Shown here piece after piece: positions 20,956 through 32,872 of a stretch of 64,000 nt of DNA. This DNA comes from Hyaloraphidium curvatum SAG 235-1 (lineage: Eukaryota > Fungi > Monoblepharomycota): positions 186,001 through 250,000 of the forward strand of contig JAIVFI010000004.1 of the NCBI GenBank assembly GCA_025558095.1, written 5' to 3'. Position 1 is the stretch's first letter; the number at the start of each line of letters is the position of its first letter. The position numbers and the translations under genes are program-made. The notes below the pieces were generated by a model. It was not told where the DNA came from and made no database searches. It saw nothing but the letters and a program-made list of their open reading frames with translations.

Positions 20956-21681
20956 ATGCAGATTCTTCATTTGTCTGCTCTCTTTGCGGTGCTCCTAGCC
21001 GGCGGCGTTGCGCTGCTGATGCCCGGCGAGCCGCCGCCGGTGCCCGGCCTGGACGCGGCGCAGCTGGCGCGGTTCGCGTCCCTCAACGCGTCCAACGCGC
21101 CCGCGGGCCGGGCCGACCCGTACGTGTTCTACGCGGCGCATCCGACGGAGCTGCTGCCGCCGCCGCCGAGCCACGTGTGCGGCCTGCGCTTCGTGGACGA
21201 CGCGAAGACGACGTACGCGCTCGAGGACTTCAAGTCCCCGGCCGCCGCCGAGGCTGCCGGCGCCCGCGTCACGCACTACGGCAGGTGTGGCACGTGCTCC
21301 ACGCTGCAGGATCTCGCCGTCTACTTGGGCAGGCCGGACCTCACCGCCCCCGTGCGGAAATGTGGGCTCCTGTCGCCCGTGCGGCCGCTGGCCATGACCT
21401 GCCTTCGCAAGCTCGGGTTCTCCGAGGCGTGCGCGAGGACCTGGTATGCCAACATGCGGAACACGGCGCGGGTCTGTCTCTCCGTGTGCATGCGTTCGTG
21501 GATCGCCGGGGAGGCATCCAACACGGACGGGCGGAAGCTCAACACGTGCCTGGAATGCGATGAGGTGCGATCGGGGCCGGTTTTCAAGAGGGAAGCGGGC
21601 CGGACGCGGCGGAATTCGGGCATCGTGTCGTCGATAGCGAGGGACGACGCAGAGGTGGCAGCGGTGCAACATGACTATTGA
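20956..21681 (+). CDS. Secreted Cys-rich conserved hypothetical protein
   Basis: Signal peptide. Motifs HYGRCGTCSTLQDL, CLECDE..SGPVF...AGRTRRNSGI.S.I.R. Intronless. Confidence 0.75.
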   Translation: MQILHLSALFAVLLAGGVALLMPGEPPPVPGLDAAQLARFASLNASNAPAGRADPYVFYAAHPTELLPPPPSHVCGLRFVDDAKTTYALEDFKSPAAAEAAGARVTHYGRCGTCSTLQDLAVYLGRPDLTAPVRKCGLLSPVRPLAMTCLRKLGFSEACARTWYANMRNTARVCLSVCMRSWIAGEASNTDGRKLNTCLECDEVRSGPVFKREAGRTRRNSGIVSSIARDDAEVAAVQHDY

Positions 21682-21986
21682 ACTCATCGCGCTACTTCGT
21701 ACCCCGGTGCCCCGCCGTCGCCGCCTATGGACGAAATGACATTTCCTCGGCCATGTGCTTTGCGCGGGACGTTCGGGTGGCCTTGCGAGTGGTGCCTCCG
21801 AGACCCCGCCCCGGGTCAACCCGACGCAAGGGCACAGGGGATGGCGTGCCCGTCGGCCAAATTACGTGCCTGCCTTCGCGCAATACTCCGGCGAGGAAGA
21901 TAAAGCAAACGGCTCGGGTGCGAAAGCGGACGAAGCTCCGGAATTGCATCTCGTCGCCCTGTCGCTCGCCCGCCCCCGGCCAACCA

Positions 21987-24137
21987 ATGTCTGCACCCAT
22001 CAACGAGAAGGAGCCGCCGTTCGCTCCGGCGACCAAGGACGTGGAAAACGCGTATGAGCATCCGCCGTCGGACAAGGAACGCGATTCGCAGTCGCTCGAG
22101 GAGAGCGAGTACGACCTCAAGCTCGTCGGTGCGTGGACCCAAATGCCCGCGCTGCCGAGCAAGTCCGCTAACCGGCCATCGGCGCAGACCCTACGACTCC
22201 GGGATGGGTGCCGGACCTCACTTGGACGCCCGAGGAAGAGGCCGCGATCCGCAAGTACATCGACTGGCACCTCCTGGTGCGCACCGCGGTCTCCCCCAAC
22301 CCCCCCCCACACTCCCTAACCGTCCCGCATGCAGCCCATCATCTTCTTCAAGTTCTTATTTCTGAATCTCGACCGCTTTAACATATCCAACGCGCTCACG
22401 GGAGGCATCATGAAGGACATCGGAGCCACCCTGGACACCATGAACCTCGGCGCGACCCTCCTGCTCGTCGGCTTCTGCGTTTTCGAGATCCCCTCCAACA
22501 TGGTCATTATGCGCGTTGGTGCTCACGTGAGTCGACGGCGCACCTCATCGCATGCATGCCCTGAGCCGCGGCTCCCTTCAGCGATGGCTTCCCTTCCTGA
22601 TGGTGTGCTGGGGCCTGGTGTCGACCTTCCAGGTGCGAACGTGCATTGCCTCCTTGTCTTCCGACTGCTGACGGACCGCGGATGCCGACTAACGACGGTC
22701 CCGGATGTGTGGCAGATGTTCATCACGGACACGACCTCGTTCCTGATCACGCGTTTCCTCATCGGCGCCTTTGAAGCCGGATGGATTCCCGGTGTGGTGA
22801 GCATCTTCGCTCATCGCCCATGCCTTGCCATCGATCCTGACGCGCGGATCCTCGCAGGTCCTGTACTTCTCGTTCCACTACAAGCGCGGTGAGCTGGCGA
22901 CCCGCCTCGCCGTCTTCTGGTCGTGCAACCAGGTCTCGGCCGCCATCTCGGGCGTCCTCGCCTACGGTATCCTGCAGATGAACGGCATCGCCGGGCTCAA
23001 GGGCTGGCAGTGGTGCGTCGTCTTCTGCCTACCTCCGATCCTCGTGACACTCGTGCTGATCTGCCTTGACCGCCCGCGCAGGCTGTTTGCCCTCGAGGGC
23101 GGCGCCACGGTCCTCGTTGGGATCGCTAGCTTCTGGCTCGTGCCCGACAGCCCGTGCTACAACAAGGCCCTCACGGAACGCCAGCGGCAGATCGCGGTCA
23201 CCCGGCTGATCCGAGACGACCCGCACAAGGGCGGCAGCGCCCGTGCCCACGTCAGCCTCGCAGAGGTCTGGGCTGCGGTCGGGGACTGGAACGTATGGCC
23301 TAATGTTAGTACCTGGTTGTCATGGTTGGCGGTGGATCGTACTCTGACCTGGCGGCTCCCAGCTTCTGTTCGCGTTCATCGTGATGCTGATCAATTCTGG
23401 CTACGGATTCTACCTCCCGCTCATCATCCAATCGTTCGGCTTCTCCGCGCTAAACAGCAACCTGCTCACGATTCCCGGCCAGGTGTGCGCAATCCCCCCT
23501 CTTGTTACCACACCTGCTTACTGCCTACCTCGTTACTCGCACAGATCGTCGCACTCATCCTCGGCCTCGGATCGGGCTTCATCTCGGACCGGCTCAGGAT
23601 CAAGTGGCAGGTCATCCTGTTCGGCCTCGGCGGTCTGCTCCTCGGATACATCCTCAACATCTGCATCCCGGCCACGAGATCGCAGGCCGGAGCCTACGTG
23701 GCTTCTATCATCACCGTGGGCTTCTTCCTCCCTTGGCACTCGGTCAACGCCTCGTGGCAGGCGGCCAACGTCGCCCCGGCCGGGAAGCGCGCCATCGTCT
23801 TCAGGTTCGCTCGCCCGTGCTGCTCCCTTCGGACGATAGCTCATCTCTTCCCCAACGCAGCATGTACATCATCTCGGTCAACATCGCCGGCGCTCTCGGC
23901 GTCTGGTTGTACCGCGACGATGACAGGCCGTACTTCCGCCGTGCGCTGTCGGTCTCGATCGTCCTGGTGGCCGTCGCCGCGGGCATCGTCATCCTCAGGC
24001 GGCTCCAGCTGCAGTGGCTCAACAAGCTGCGCCAGGGCAAGTGGGAGAAGCTCAGCGGCGAAGAGAGGGACGAGTACATCAAGACCGACTCGCGGAAGCT
24101 GGGCGACCGGGCGCTGAACTACAGGTACATATGGTAG
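21987..24137 (+). CDS. MFS transporter, anion:cation symporter (Dal5/Tna1-like)
   Basis: LDRFNISNA, FEIPSN, RFLIGAFEAGW.PG, ELATRLAVFW, GL.GWQW.LF.LEG. Many short introns. Confidence 0.9.
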
Positions 24138-24322
24138 GACTTTGTTGTGCTGGACGGGTCTTTTGGGAGCAAGACTGCTTTTCGTGGGATAGACACAGCG
24201 ATAGAGTAGACAAGACCGAAGAAAAACGGAGATGGAATAAACGAGAAAGGTCTTCTATCAGCACAGTGCCGATCGGGCTTGCACTAAGCCCAGCAATCTA
24301 TCGTCTGGTCTAGGCGTGTTCT

Positions 24323-25194
24323 TTACTGGCCCGTCAGCGCCCTCCGCCCGCGGCTGCACCAGTGGTCGCCGCTCTCGTAGCCGGTGCTTCCTCCCCAGAC
24401 CTCGGCGTGCCTTGCGCCGCACCTGGAGACGGGGATGATGGTCAGGCTTGCCCAGATTGGTGCGGTGCGATGCGAACTCACTCAAGGTAGGGTGAGAAGG
24501 TCGTCGCCTGGGCCGCGAGCCTGTCGCACTCCTCGTAGCTCGAGGCGAGGATGCAGTGCACCGAGTCGGCAGACAGGCAGGCGGCCTCGCCCGCGGCGGT
24601 GATCTTGACGGGGGAGAGGATGGGCACGGGGTTGCCGTCCCGCACGCACGAGAAGCCCGAGCCGCCGTAGTCGATCGCGCCCCCGGGGGCACGAGGCTCC
24701 GAGGGGATGTGGCTCTCGACCGGCGGGGCCGGCGGCGGCGGCGGGGGTGCGGGGGCAGAGGAGTCGACGACGCTCCACGAAACCCGGACGCGGGTCGGGT
24801 TCTCGCCCACGGCGCCGCGGAAGGTCGGGAACGTCATGTCGATGTCGCTCGCGGCGCAGTTGTGGCACCGATCCGCGATGATGCAGCGCGAACATCCCGC
24901 GGGCCCGCACACCTCGGCGGTCGCCCCGCAAAGCGAGCTGGGCACGCCGGCGGCGGGCCGCGTCGAGTCGTAAAGCTCGTGGCCGAGCGCGCACCACCCG
25001 GCGGAGGGGTCAAGGTACGTGCCGCAGGCGCCGGTCCAGCCGAGGCCGCCGGTGCCAGGGAAATACACAGTACCATCGCCGCTGTAGGCACGCTTCGCCA
25101 GGGCGATCGTGTTCACGGCGAGGGGGGCGGCGAGAGCCGAGCCGGCGTGAAGCGCGGCGAGGGCGGCGGCCGACGCGGCGGCGATGAAGCGCAT
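24323..25194 (-). CDS. Secreted RlpA-like DPBB (expansin/loosenin-like) protein with Pro linker and C-terminal Cys-rich domain
   Basis: Signal peptide, KR site, SGDGT.Y..G.GACG, CG, DRC..C...DIDM...F. Intron 24423-24481; last exon ends ...GYESGDHWCSRGRRALTGQ* at 24323. Confidence 0.82.
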
Positions 25195-25852
25195 GTCGGC
25201 GGTGTTGCAGGCAGGGAGCGACGGATCGCTGGGCGGGTGCCGTGGTTTGCAGGCAGAGTGCCGCGGTTCGAGGGCAGAAAGTCGAAGTGTCTGCGGGCGC
25301 CGAAGCGAAGATGGGCGGTGACCCCGGCCTCGCCGGGCTTATGTAGACGGGAGGCATCATGTGAATGCTGGTTTGGAGGCGGAGGTTTTGCGGCAGATTT
25401 CCCCGAAGGGTCGCGTGCGGCCGATTCGGCTTGGGGGACCGATCGGCCCGACAAACACGTGCGGCGGAGCTCTGCCACAAAGAAAAAGTTTCACCGAGAT
25501 CGACGCCTGGCCTCGAGGAGAAGGGCCAATCTGGAGGTTGAATTGGATGGCGGTATGGCCTCTCGATGTAGCGGGAGCGATTGCAAGGAGGATTCGGTCC
25601 GACGGCAGCTTTGAGAAGACTCTATGGGCGAGGGTAGTGCGATCGTGCCCCAAAGGCGTACAGCGGCAGTGGAACGCAGATGCCCCATTAAAGTCCTTCA
25701 TTACAACTCGCTTCCGTGAATCCTGTTGTCCGATGAGGTCCAACGGTGTTTGTCCGTGCGATCGCGTCAGTGTCGCCGGTACCGCCGTCCCCTTCCATTA
25801 CCCACGATGCCCCGCCCGCGATGACCCCGCCGGCGCGCCTCAGGACCGTGCA

Positions 25853-26380
25853 ATGTCGGCCACCGGACTCCCGTCGCCGCTCCCGCCGTCGCTGAGGCGG
25901 CGCGGCGTCCCGCCTGGCCCGCCGAGCCCGCAGCCGTCCTCCCCGTTGAACGATCCCGACACGCTCGGGCCGGAAGAGTTGGAGCGGCTTTTTCCCTTCC
26001 TGCGGCCGCTGAGGGAGGACGGCGGGCCGGCATTGGCGACCGCGAGGTCGGTTACGGATTTCGGGGCGGCGGAGGACGCAGACGCGGAGCAGGACTCGAC
26101 TTGGCTCTGGGGCCTCGCGCTGCTCGCCCTCTCGGGGTTCGTGTTTGTCTTTGGCCTCTACGCGGCGGTGATCGCGCCTTTCATGCCGGAAACGGGGGTA
26201 AAGGTTGGTCGTCTCTCCAGCTTGCCTCGCCATCCCCTTCCCTCATGCCGCGACACTCAGCTACTGGACCTGATTCGCGAGGACCGCTACTACTCGTTCC
26301 TGGTGCCACTCACGCTGCCGGTGACGGTGATACTCATGGTCGTGAACTGGGTCGGTTTCAAGGTGTACCGGCATAACTGA
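25853..26380 (+). CDS. PIGY: PIG-Y family (GPI-GlcNAc transferase subunit Y)
   Basis: Two TMs and the C-terminal signature DRYYSFLVPLTLP...VNW.G.K.YRHN. In-frame intron 26204-26260. Confidence 0.8.
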   Translation: MSATGLPSPLPPSLRRRGVPPGPPSPQPSSPLNDPDTLGPEELERLFPFLRPLREDGGPALATARSVTDFGAAEDADAEQDSTWLWGLALLALSGFVFVFGLYAAVIAPFMPETGVKVGRLSSLPRHPLPSCRDTQLLDLIREDRYYSFLVPLTLPVTVILMVVNWVGFKVYRHN

Positions 26381-26487
26381 GGGAAGCGCGGATCCCGGTG
26401 TTTGCGAGCCGAAGAAACGAGCGGGGTCTTGTCGACGTCCGCATGATTAGATTAACTAGTTACATGTTCAAGACAGAGATGTTCAGA

Positions 26488-29428
26488 TCAATCGAGCAGC
26501 CGCTTGAGTATGGCTCTCTGGGTCTTGACGTACCCCGCATCATCCTCCTCGACCGCGACCGAGACTAGGAAACGTCGTTCGGGTGCCTGACCTTTCGTGT
26601 TGACCAGCTCCGCGAGACGCGTCCACAGCGCGGCCTTTGCCTTTGCAAAGGACCCCCCTGTCTGCTTCAGGTCTTGCGGCGGCAACCCCGGAAACAACGA
26701 CGCTGCCGCCTCCGCGCCAGACACTTGCAACGACAGTCGTTGCCGATCATCTAGCGGAATCGCAAACTGCGGGGAGTTCGCGCTTCGAACGCTGCCAAAG
26801 AGCGAGTCCATAAGGGAGGCGTTGGACTGCATGGAGTGAGGGAAGCTCGCCCGGATGCTCGCCCCCGGGGCGGCAAACTGCGATTCCAAGCTCGTGCGCG
26901 GTCGCGGCTTCGGGGCGCGGCCGGAGATTACAAGGTACAGCGGCGCGAAAGACCACTCCACAGCTTGTTCCGAGATTGGATGGTTCGTGCACCTTGCGAT
27001 CCCATCCTTGGCCAACTTGATCCCTCGCTGGCACCTGGTGCACCAGGGAGCGGGAAGGTCCTCAATCCTGCTTTCAAGTTCCTCGAGCGCATTCTCGAAG
27101 CCCTTGGCGCAGATTACTGCGTTGGAGCGCGAGAATTTGACGTCCTCGAGAATCCCGTTGATTACCGCGAGGCCCGAATGTTTGGTTGCGGTAAGCTCCG
27201 AGAAGTCCTCAACCACGCGAGCGTGCTCCGCGGGATCAACCCGGGACCGAAAATCGGCCGCAATTGCGCCGTCAATTGCGTCGATCCGAGAAGCCTCCGA
27301 CACGGCAAAGGTGGGCCCCGGATCGTGACGAGAGGTGCGGCGTCCAGGCAGAGTCCAGGACGGCAAGTCTACGCCGTAAAGATCCACCACGCGGTCGACA
27401 AGTGACCGGGCCTGATTGGCCAGGGTGGACACGGCAGCGGGGCTGAATAGGACAGTGTGAGGCGATCGCGATGATGCGCAAAGACGCTTCTACCGTACCA
27501 GATAATCTTTGCGCGCTTGCCACGGGAGTCAACCACTTCAAGCACAATGTCAGTGCCTTTCTGACCAGGTAGTGAGGGCGAGGGCAAGACTCCTGCGCTT
27601 TCACCGTGCCCCTTCCGGTGGATGCCCAAGACAAAGCATCGCTGGCACCAATCTGTCAACGCCGCAAAAGTCCGATCGCAATCACGTAACTCACAAGTTG
27701 AGTGCTCAGTCCAGCAAGAACGTCCTCTATGGTGTCCCGGCCCAAGGCTTGGCCGACCCTCTGCAGCGGCTTGCTCATCATCTGCTCGCTGTTCTTAACT
27801 GCAGAGCGATGCGCGCTCAAGAAAGTGTCCGACGCAGCCCATGCCACGACCGCGGCGGCTCTCGTCGCCAGATGAGAAGGAAGCGTGGCGGGCACCCGCA
27901 CATACGACCCGCGCTTGGAGGAGTATCGAAACAGGAGCTTGGCCGCCGAAGCCGCCCCCGTCGTTGACGCCGACATGACGTCCTTCCCCTTCTTGCGGAA
28001 CGAGCGGATTTTCATCCCTTCCACGGCAATGACGTCCCCGATCTCAAAGCGGTCCGCCTGGCCCCGATCGGCGACCCAGTTCACCCTGCCTCCCCACAGA
28101 GTCAACCCGAAGAAGCTGACGTCAGGGTCGCCCACGCCGATCGACCGGAAATGGACCTCCGAACCATCCGGTCTATGCCAGGTCTCCAAAGTATTGATTT
28201 GCATGACGACGCAAACGAAGCACCAGAGCTCTCTTTCGTCCGGCCGCAGTGTTCGGAGCGGTTCCGGGCTGGCAAAGGTGTGGCGCCGCGTCCCATGCCG
28301 AGGAAACTCCACAGGGGCAATGATCTCGTCCTCCGAGGGTCCCGAGTCGACGATATCGTCTGCAGACAATCGCGGAGGGAAGTCTGGCGGCGCCTCTGTG
28401 CGCTTTGCGTCGGCCTGCGGCGTGCGCGTCGCCGCCGCTGTTCGGGCGATCGAAGTCACCGGTATCCTTTTTGGAGACGCCGGGGGACTGCTTTCGACGG
28501 TGTTGGTATCGCGGGAAAGCAGCGATTTTCCGAGGGATTGATTGCGAGCCTCTTGCGAGACCGGAGCAAAGGTCAAGGCGAAGGCCGTATCGTCCTCTGC
28601 AGCACCAGGTCCGGGCACGGAGCTCGGGACGTATCCGTTTGCCTCCCAGCCCGGCTTCTCGGCAGCAACCTGCGACATGGCAACCTGCGATGCTTCGAAC
28701 TGCGACAGGGCCAGGAAGATGTTGTCCGCGGCCGCGCGCCGCAGGCCCTCGTCCAGCTCCGCGCTCCTCTCGGCGGCGTCGTCCCCGTCCGAGTCCTCGT
28801 CGATGGGAAGCGCGACGCTGGGCTTCGCCGGCGATCCATCTTGTTGGGAGCTTTGTACGAGGATGAAGGGCCCGGCTCCAGCGGCTTTCGCAGCCGAAGG
28901 AGCCACAGTGGAACCGGCAGCATTGTCTCCCCACGACGACGGGAAAGAAGGAAGCACGTCGTTCCCAACAAAGATCCGGGCTCCGCTCAATTCCGCCGTG
29001 TTTCGTTTGAATGGTTCCTTGGAGAACGGCGGCAAAGGGGCACCCGTGCGCTCCTTGGCCCGGGGTCTGCCGCTCCCCGACGCGTGATGCGAGCTCGCAG
29101 GCTGCGGAACCGAAGACGAGGCAAAGACAATAAGAACCTGTAGCCCAGGCGAAAGCACATAACGCACCGGTTCTTGTTCCGGGAAACGCGGCCGCTTCGC
29201 AGAAACCTCCGCACCCAGCTCCTCCGGCGGCAGGTCCGTCAAAATGGCCCTCAGGTCCTCGCCAATCTCCGCACGGAACCTCTTTCTCTGCGGCCCGCTG
29301 TCGGCAGGCGGCGGATCCCATTTCGAGAGCTGCTCGACCGGGCCTTCCGCAACCGGGACCGGAGAACCCGCCCCACTGCTGTCGCCGTCACCAAGGCTCA
29401 GCGGGGGCAAGACCACGCGATATTGCAT
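26488..29428 (-). CDS. SHLD2/FAM35A-like OB-fold ssDNA-binding protein
   Basis: Disordered N-half. OB1 'FVCVVMQI...IGVGD...LTLWG...W...IGDVI.VEGM.I..F'. OB2 exon(s) ~27480-27650. C-terminal CxxC..C zinc ribbon, 'WSFAPLYLVI..D...L.V....A..LF.GLPP'. Linked by GT-AG introns (e.g. donor at 27694); middle exons approximate. Confidence 0.55.
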
Positions 29429-29639
29429 CCTAGACTCGTGTCATCGCCCCGCAACGTCGCGCCGCGGGTCGGTGCGAGTTGCACGGCCCATGATTGCTCT
29501 CAAGATTCCACTTCGGTTGCGCGACTGACACGACATCGGAACCCCGCCTAGCCCGGCCAAACATGGAATTTCACCCACGAAAAGAACGGTGGCCAATGAT
29601 TCGCAACCGGGTATCAATTCGATCGGCCCCTCAAACCGC

Positions 29640-30374
29640 CTACATCGCCTCCAGCACGTGGATGCCGTCTTTGTCAATCATCTTCACCAGGAACTCCCCC
29701 TGGTTGATCACCAGCCTCGTGCGCAGCTCGTGGATGCACTTCTTCAGCACATCCTTCGCCTCGTCGAGGTTCATGTCCGGCTTCCAGTGGCGGTCGAATA
29801 CCGAGGAGCAGAAGTATGCCGAGTAGCCGTGCGCGCCGAACGGCACCTTCACCATGGCGCCCAGGTAATCCATCCAGAAGAGGGCCGGTTCCGAGGTCTT
29901 CGGGTCCACGCCGCCGAGGAGCAGGTTCACCTGGTACGGGTTCTGGACGCGGGGCGGGTGTGAGCACGCGTGCAACGATGGGGGCGCTCCCGACGCGTCC
30001 CGGGCCACGCGAACCGCAGATCGCCGCACACTGCGAGGCGTGCACGCGTTTCCCGGGCACGGCGGCGCCCGCCGCGGGAGATCACCCACCCTGCTCCGCA
30101 GGCTGTCCGCCAGCTCGCGCCGCACAAAGTGCGCGAGCCCCGACGGCGACAGCGCGATGCCGTTGCGGATCTCGTACAGCGAGATGTTGCGCTGGATGTA
30201 CTCGGCGAAGTTGACGGCGTCGCCGGCCTCGCCGGCGAACGACATGACCGTGTGCCGGTTGAGGTCGCGCGTCTTGTCCTCGCCGCGCTTCATGACGACG
30301 ATGCTCCGCGCCGCGTTCGTGTCCGCCGCGATGAGCGTAAAGTCCTTTCCGCAGAGCCCGAGGAGCGCCTCCAT
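29640..30374 (-). CDS. PRE1: 20S proteasome subunit beta type-2 (beta4)
   Basis: MEALLGLCGKDF..., GEAGDAVNFAEYIQRN, PYQVNLLLGG, AHGY. One in-frame intron ~29944-30089. Confidence 0.95.
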   Translation of the reverse strand: MEALLGLCGKDFTLIAADTNAARSIVVMKRGEDKTRDLNRHTVMSFAGEAGDAVNFAEYIQRNISLYEIRNGIALSPSGLAHFVRRELADSLRSRVGDLPRRAPPCPGNACTPRSVRRSAVRVARDASGAPPSLHACSHPPRVQNPYQVNLLLGGVDPKTSEPALFWMDYLGAMVKVPFGAHGYSAYFCSSVFDRHWKPDMNLDEAKDVLKKCIHELRTRLVINQGEFLVKMIDKDGIHVLEAM

Positions 30375-30627
30375 CTCGGCGGCGTGGGGGCAGCAGGGTG
30401 TGGAACGAACGCGTCCTCGCAACGCAACCGGTCACCACCATGCCGGAGATCGGCCAACTTGCCAACCCACTGCCCGCGATCTGCCCAAGAATCAATCGTT
30501 GAAACAGCAATAGAATCGGTGGTATCAACCCATACACTCCGTGAGCCATTAATCTAGCTACAATACGCATCAGACCGAACGCCGCGGCCGGTCCCGCCGG
30601 ACCGCCGCCCTCGCCGTCCAGGGCCGG

Positions 30628-32249
30628 CTAGTTCTTGAAAATGCCCATCTGCAGATCGGAACTACGTCAGGCGAGCGCACAGGAGCGGGCCCAAGCCACA
30701 GGCTCGCCTTCTTCTTTTTCTGTTCGGGCGTCGAGGCGGTGGTCTGCGTGGCAGGGGCGGCACCGGCACCCATGAGCATGTTCTTCCGGTTCTCGAGCTC
30801 GGCCCGCTGCCTCTCGAGCTGGTCCTTCATCTCCTTGTGCTTGCCGTAGAGCTCGTCCTCGGACTGCTTGAGCTTGGCCTCCTTCTCGGCGACCTTCTGC
30901 GAGAAGACGAGCCGCATCTCCTGCTCCATCTTGGCCATCTTGGCCTCGTGTGCGCGGCGCTCCTCCTCGATCTTGCTGAAGGGGCTGAGGAAATGGTGTC
31001 TGTTAACGCCGTGGCGGGTGACAGAACGCACAGAACGCACGTGGCCGTGACCGAGTCGGAGGAAGAGTGGAGCTTCTGCGTGCGGTAGCTCTCGTACAGC
31101 ACGAGGTTGGTGTGCTCCCGGAGCTCCTCCATGTGCGTGCTGAAAGCAAACAGATGAGACAAGCCCGCACCACGTCGCCGGAAACAACGGACCGGATGAG
31201 CATCTGCCGCAGGCTGGTGAAGTCGCAGTGCTCCTCGCTGTCGACCTCGATGATGCCCCACGGGTACTTGCGGCCGCGCACCTTGCGCCCGTTGTTCTCG
31301 AACTCCTGGGTGGAGCCGACGACGGCGAAGGGGATGCGGTCCTGCAGGCGGGGAGTCAATCGGGCTCACGGGAGGTAACTGATCCGAGCTCACAATGATG
31401 GCCTTGGACTCGGCGAGGGTCTCCGGGTCGTCGCCGTCGTAGATGATGGGCTTGTAGATCTGGATCTTGTGGAACTCGATGTCCTCAAGGATCTGCGGCC
31501 GGACGATGAGTCGGCGCCCCATAATCCGACGACCAGCGTGCCCACCCTCTGCTTGAACAGCTTGATCTCCTCGTCCGTCAGGGTATCCGATTTCGCGATG
31601 ACGGGCACGAGGTTGACGCGGAGGTGCAACCTCTTCATGAACTCGACGTCGAGGGGCTTCAGGCAGTGCCCGGTGGGGGCGATGAAGTAGAGGCACGCGT
31701 GCACGCGGTTGTCCACCATCTTCTTCCGGTTCACGCGCTGCTCCTGCTCGAGGAACGAGTCGTAGCGGGACTCGATCGCCTGCAGGATGGGCTTCCACGA
31801 GTCCTCGTTGTTGACGTAGTCGCCGAAGCCGGGCGTGTCTATGACCGTCAGGCGGAGCATGACGCCGCTCTCCTCGATGTCTGCACGGCGGGCAGGTAAG
31901 CGGCGAATGGGGGCGGCGGCCGACTGCCACGCACCGGCGGAGATGGCCTGGATGTCGACGGTCTTGGGCGTCTCGCCCGACGGGTTGCGCTCCTCCTTCT
32001 CCGGGTACAGCTGCGTGTTGAACAGCGTGTTCATGAGCGTGGACTTGCCGAGGCCCGACTCGCCTGGGGGACGGGGCATGCTCAGCGCGCAACGGGGAAG
32101 GGACCCCGACACCACGCACCGACGACCATGAGGTTGAAGAAGAATCCCCGCTTCAGCGACCTCCGGTGCACCTGGCTCGGCAGGTTCGAGAAGCCGACCG
32201 GGCCCATCAGCTGCTTCTTCACGACCGGGATGACGGGTTGGTTGACCAT
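30628..32249 (-). CDS. CDC3: Septin, Cdc3/Spn1 group
   Basis: [41 protein letters not shown]-terminal coiled coil. Last intron is GC-AG (30649-30707), giving KKKK-MGIFKN*. Confidence 0.9.
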
Positions 32250-32872
32250 CTTGGCTGCGAACTGGGGGTTGTTGGGGGGCAGCGGGGGGCGGGGCCGGCC
32301 GATCGGGGCGCGGCAAGGCGTGCGAGAGCCAAACAGCGCGCGGAGGGGCGGGCGCGAGGTGCGCGGCGGTGCGGGGCGGCCGGGAGTGAGCGGGGCGCTC
32401 CGTGTTTGCGCGCGGCATCGGCGCCGCGGCGGGCGCGCGACGGGCGGCGCCCGCGCGGCGCGGCTCCGAAACGCACCTGCGGAGGCGAGGAGGAATGCGG
32501 GGCGCAGCGGTGGTCCGCCGCTCGAATGCGAAGGGGGAGTGTTGTGGACGGGAGAGGTCAACAGCGCCGCCCGCGCGGGGATCCCGGCCACGCACAACCA
32601 AATGGACCCCCAGGGGCTCGACGCAATAAGCTATCGAAGGGGCCAAACGCGGCCAGGAACCAGATACAGAATAGATAACGACAACAACAGTGGCATGCAG
32701 CACCCAAGATCCTTGCTGCCCCACCGACAGCACTGTGATCCGCCACGCTTTCACCGTCCTTGGTCCACTAGAACGCTCCATGCTTGCTAGCCATCGCCTC
32801 CGCCCTCTACCGTGACACAAGCATCTCCCTAAACTCCACTTTGCCGGCCCCATCGCCGCCCCGGGAGGCTCG

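Noticed and set aside
25361-25852. N-terminal extension of PIG-Y suggested by the 339-aa ORF
   Set aside because: It starts at a non-ATG codon and has non-coding-like composition. The ATG at 25853 gives a typical size.
29944-30089. Structured RNA in the long proteasome-subunit intron (CCCGGG..ACGCG/CGCGT..CCCGGG stem)
   Set aside because: A single GC-rich hairpin without snoRNA boxes, which is expected by chance or as a splicing aid.
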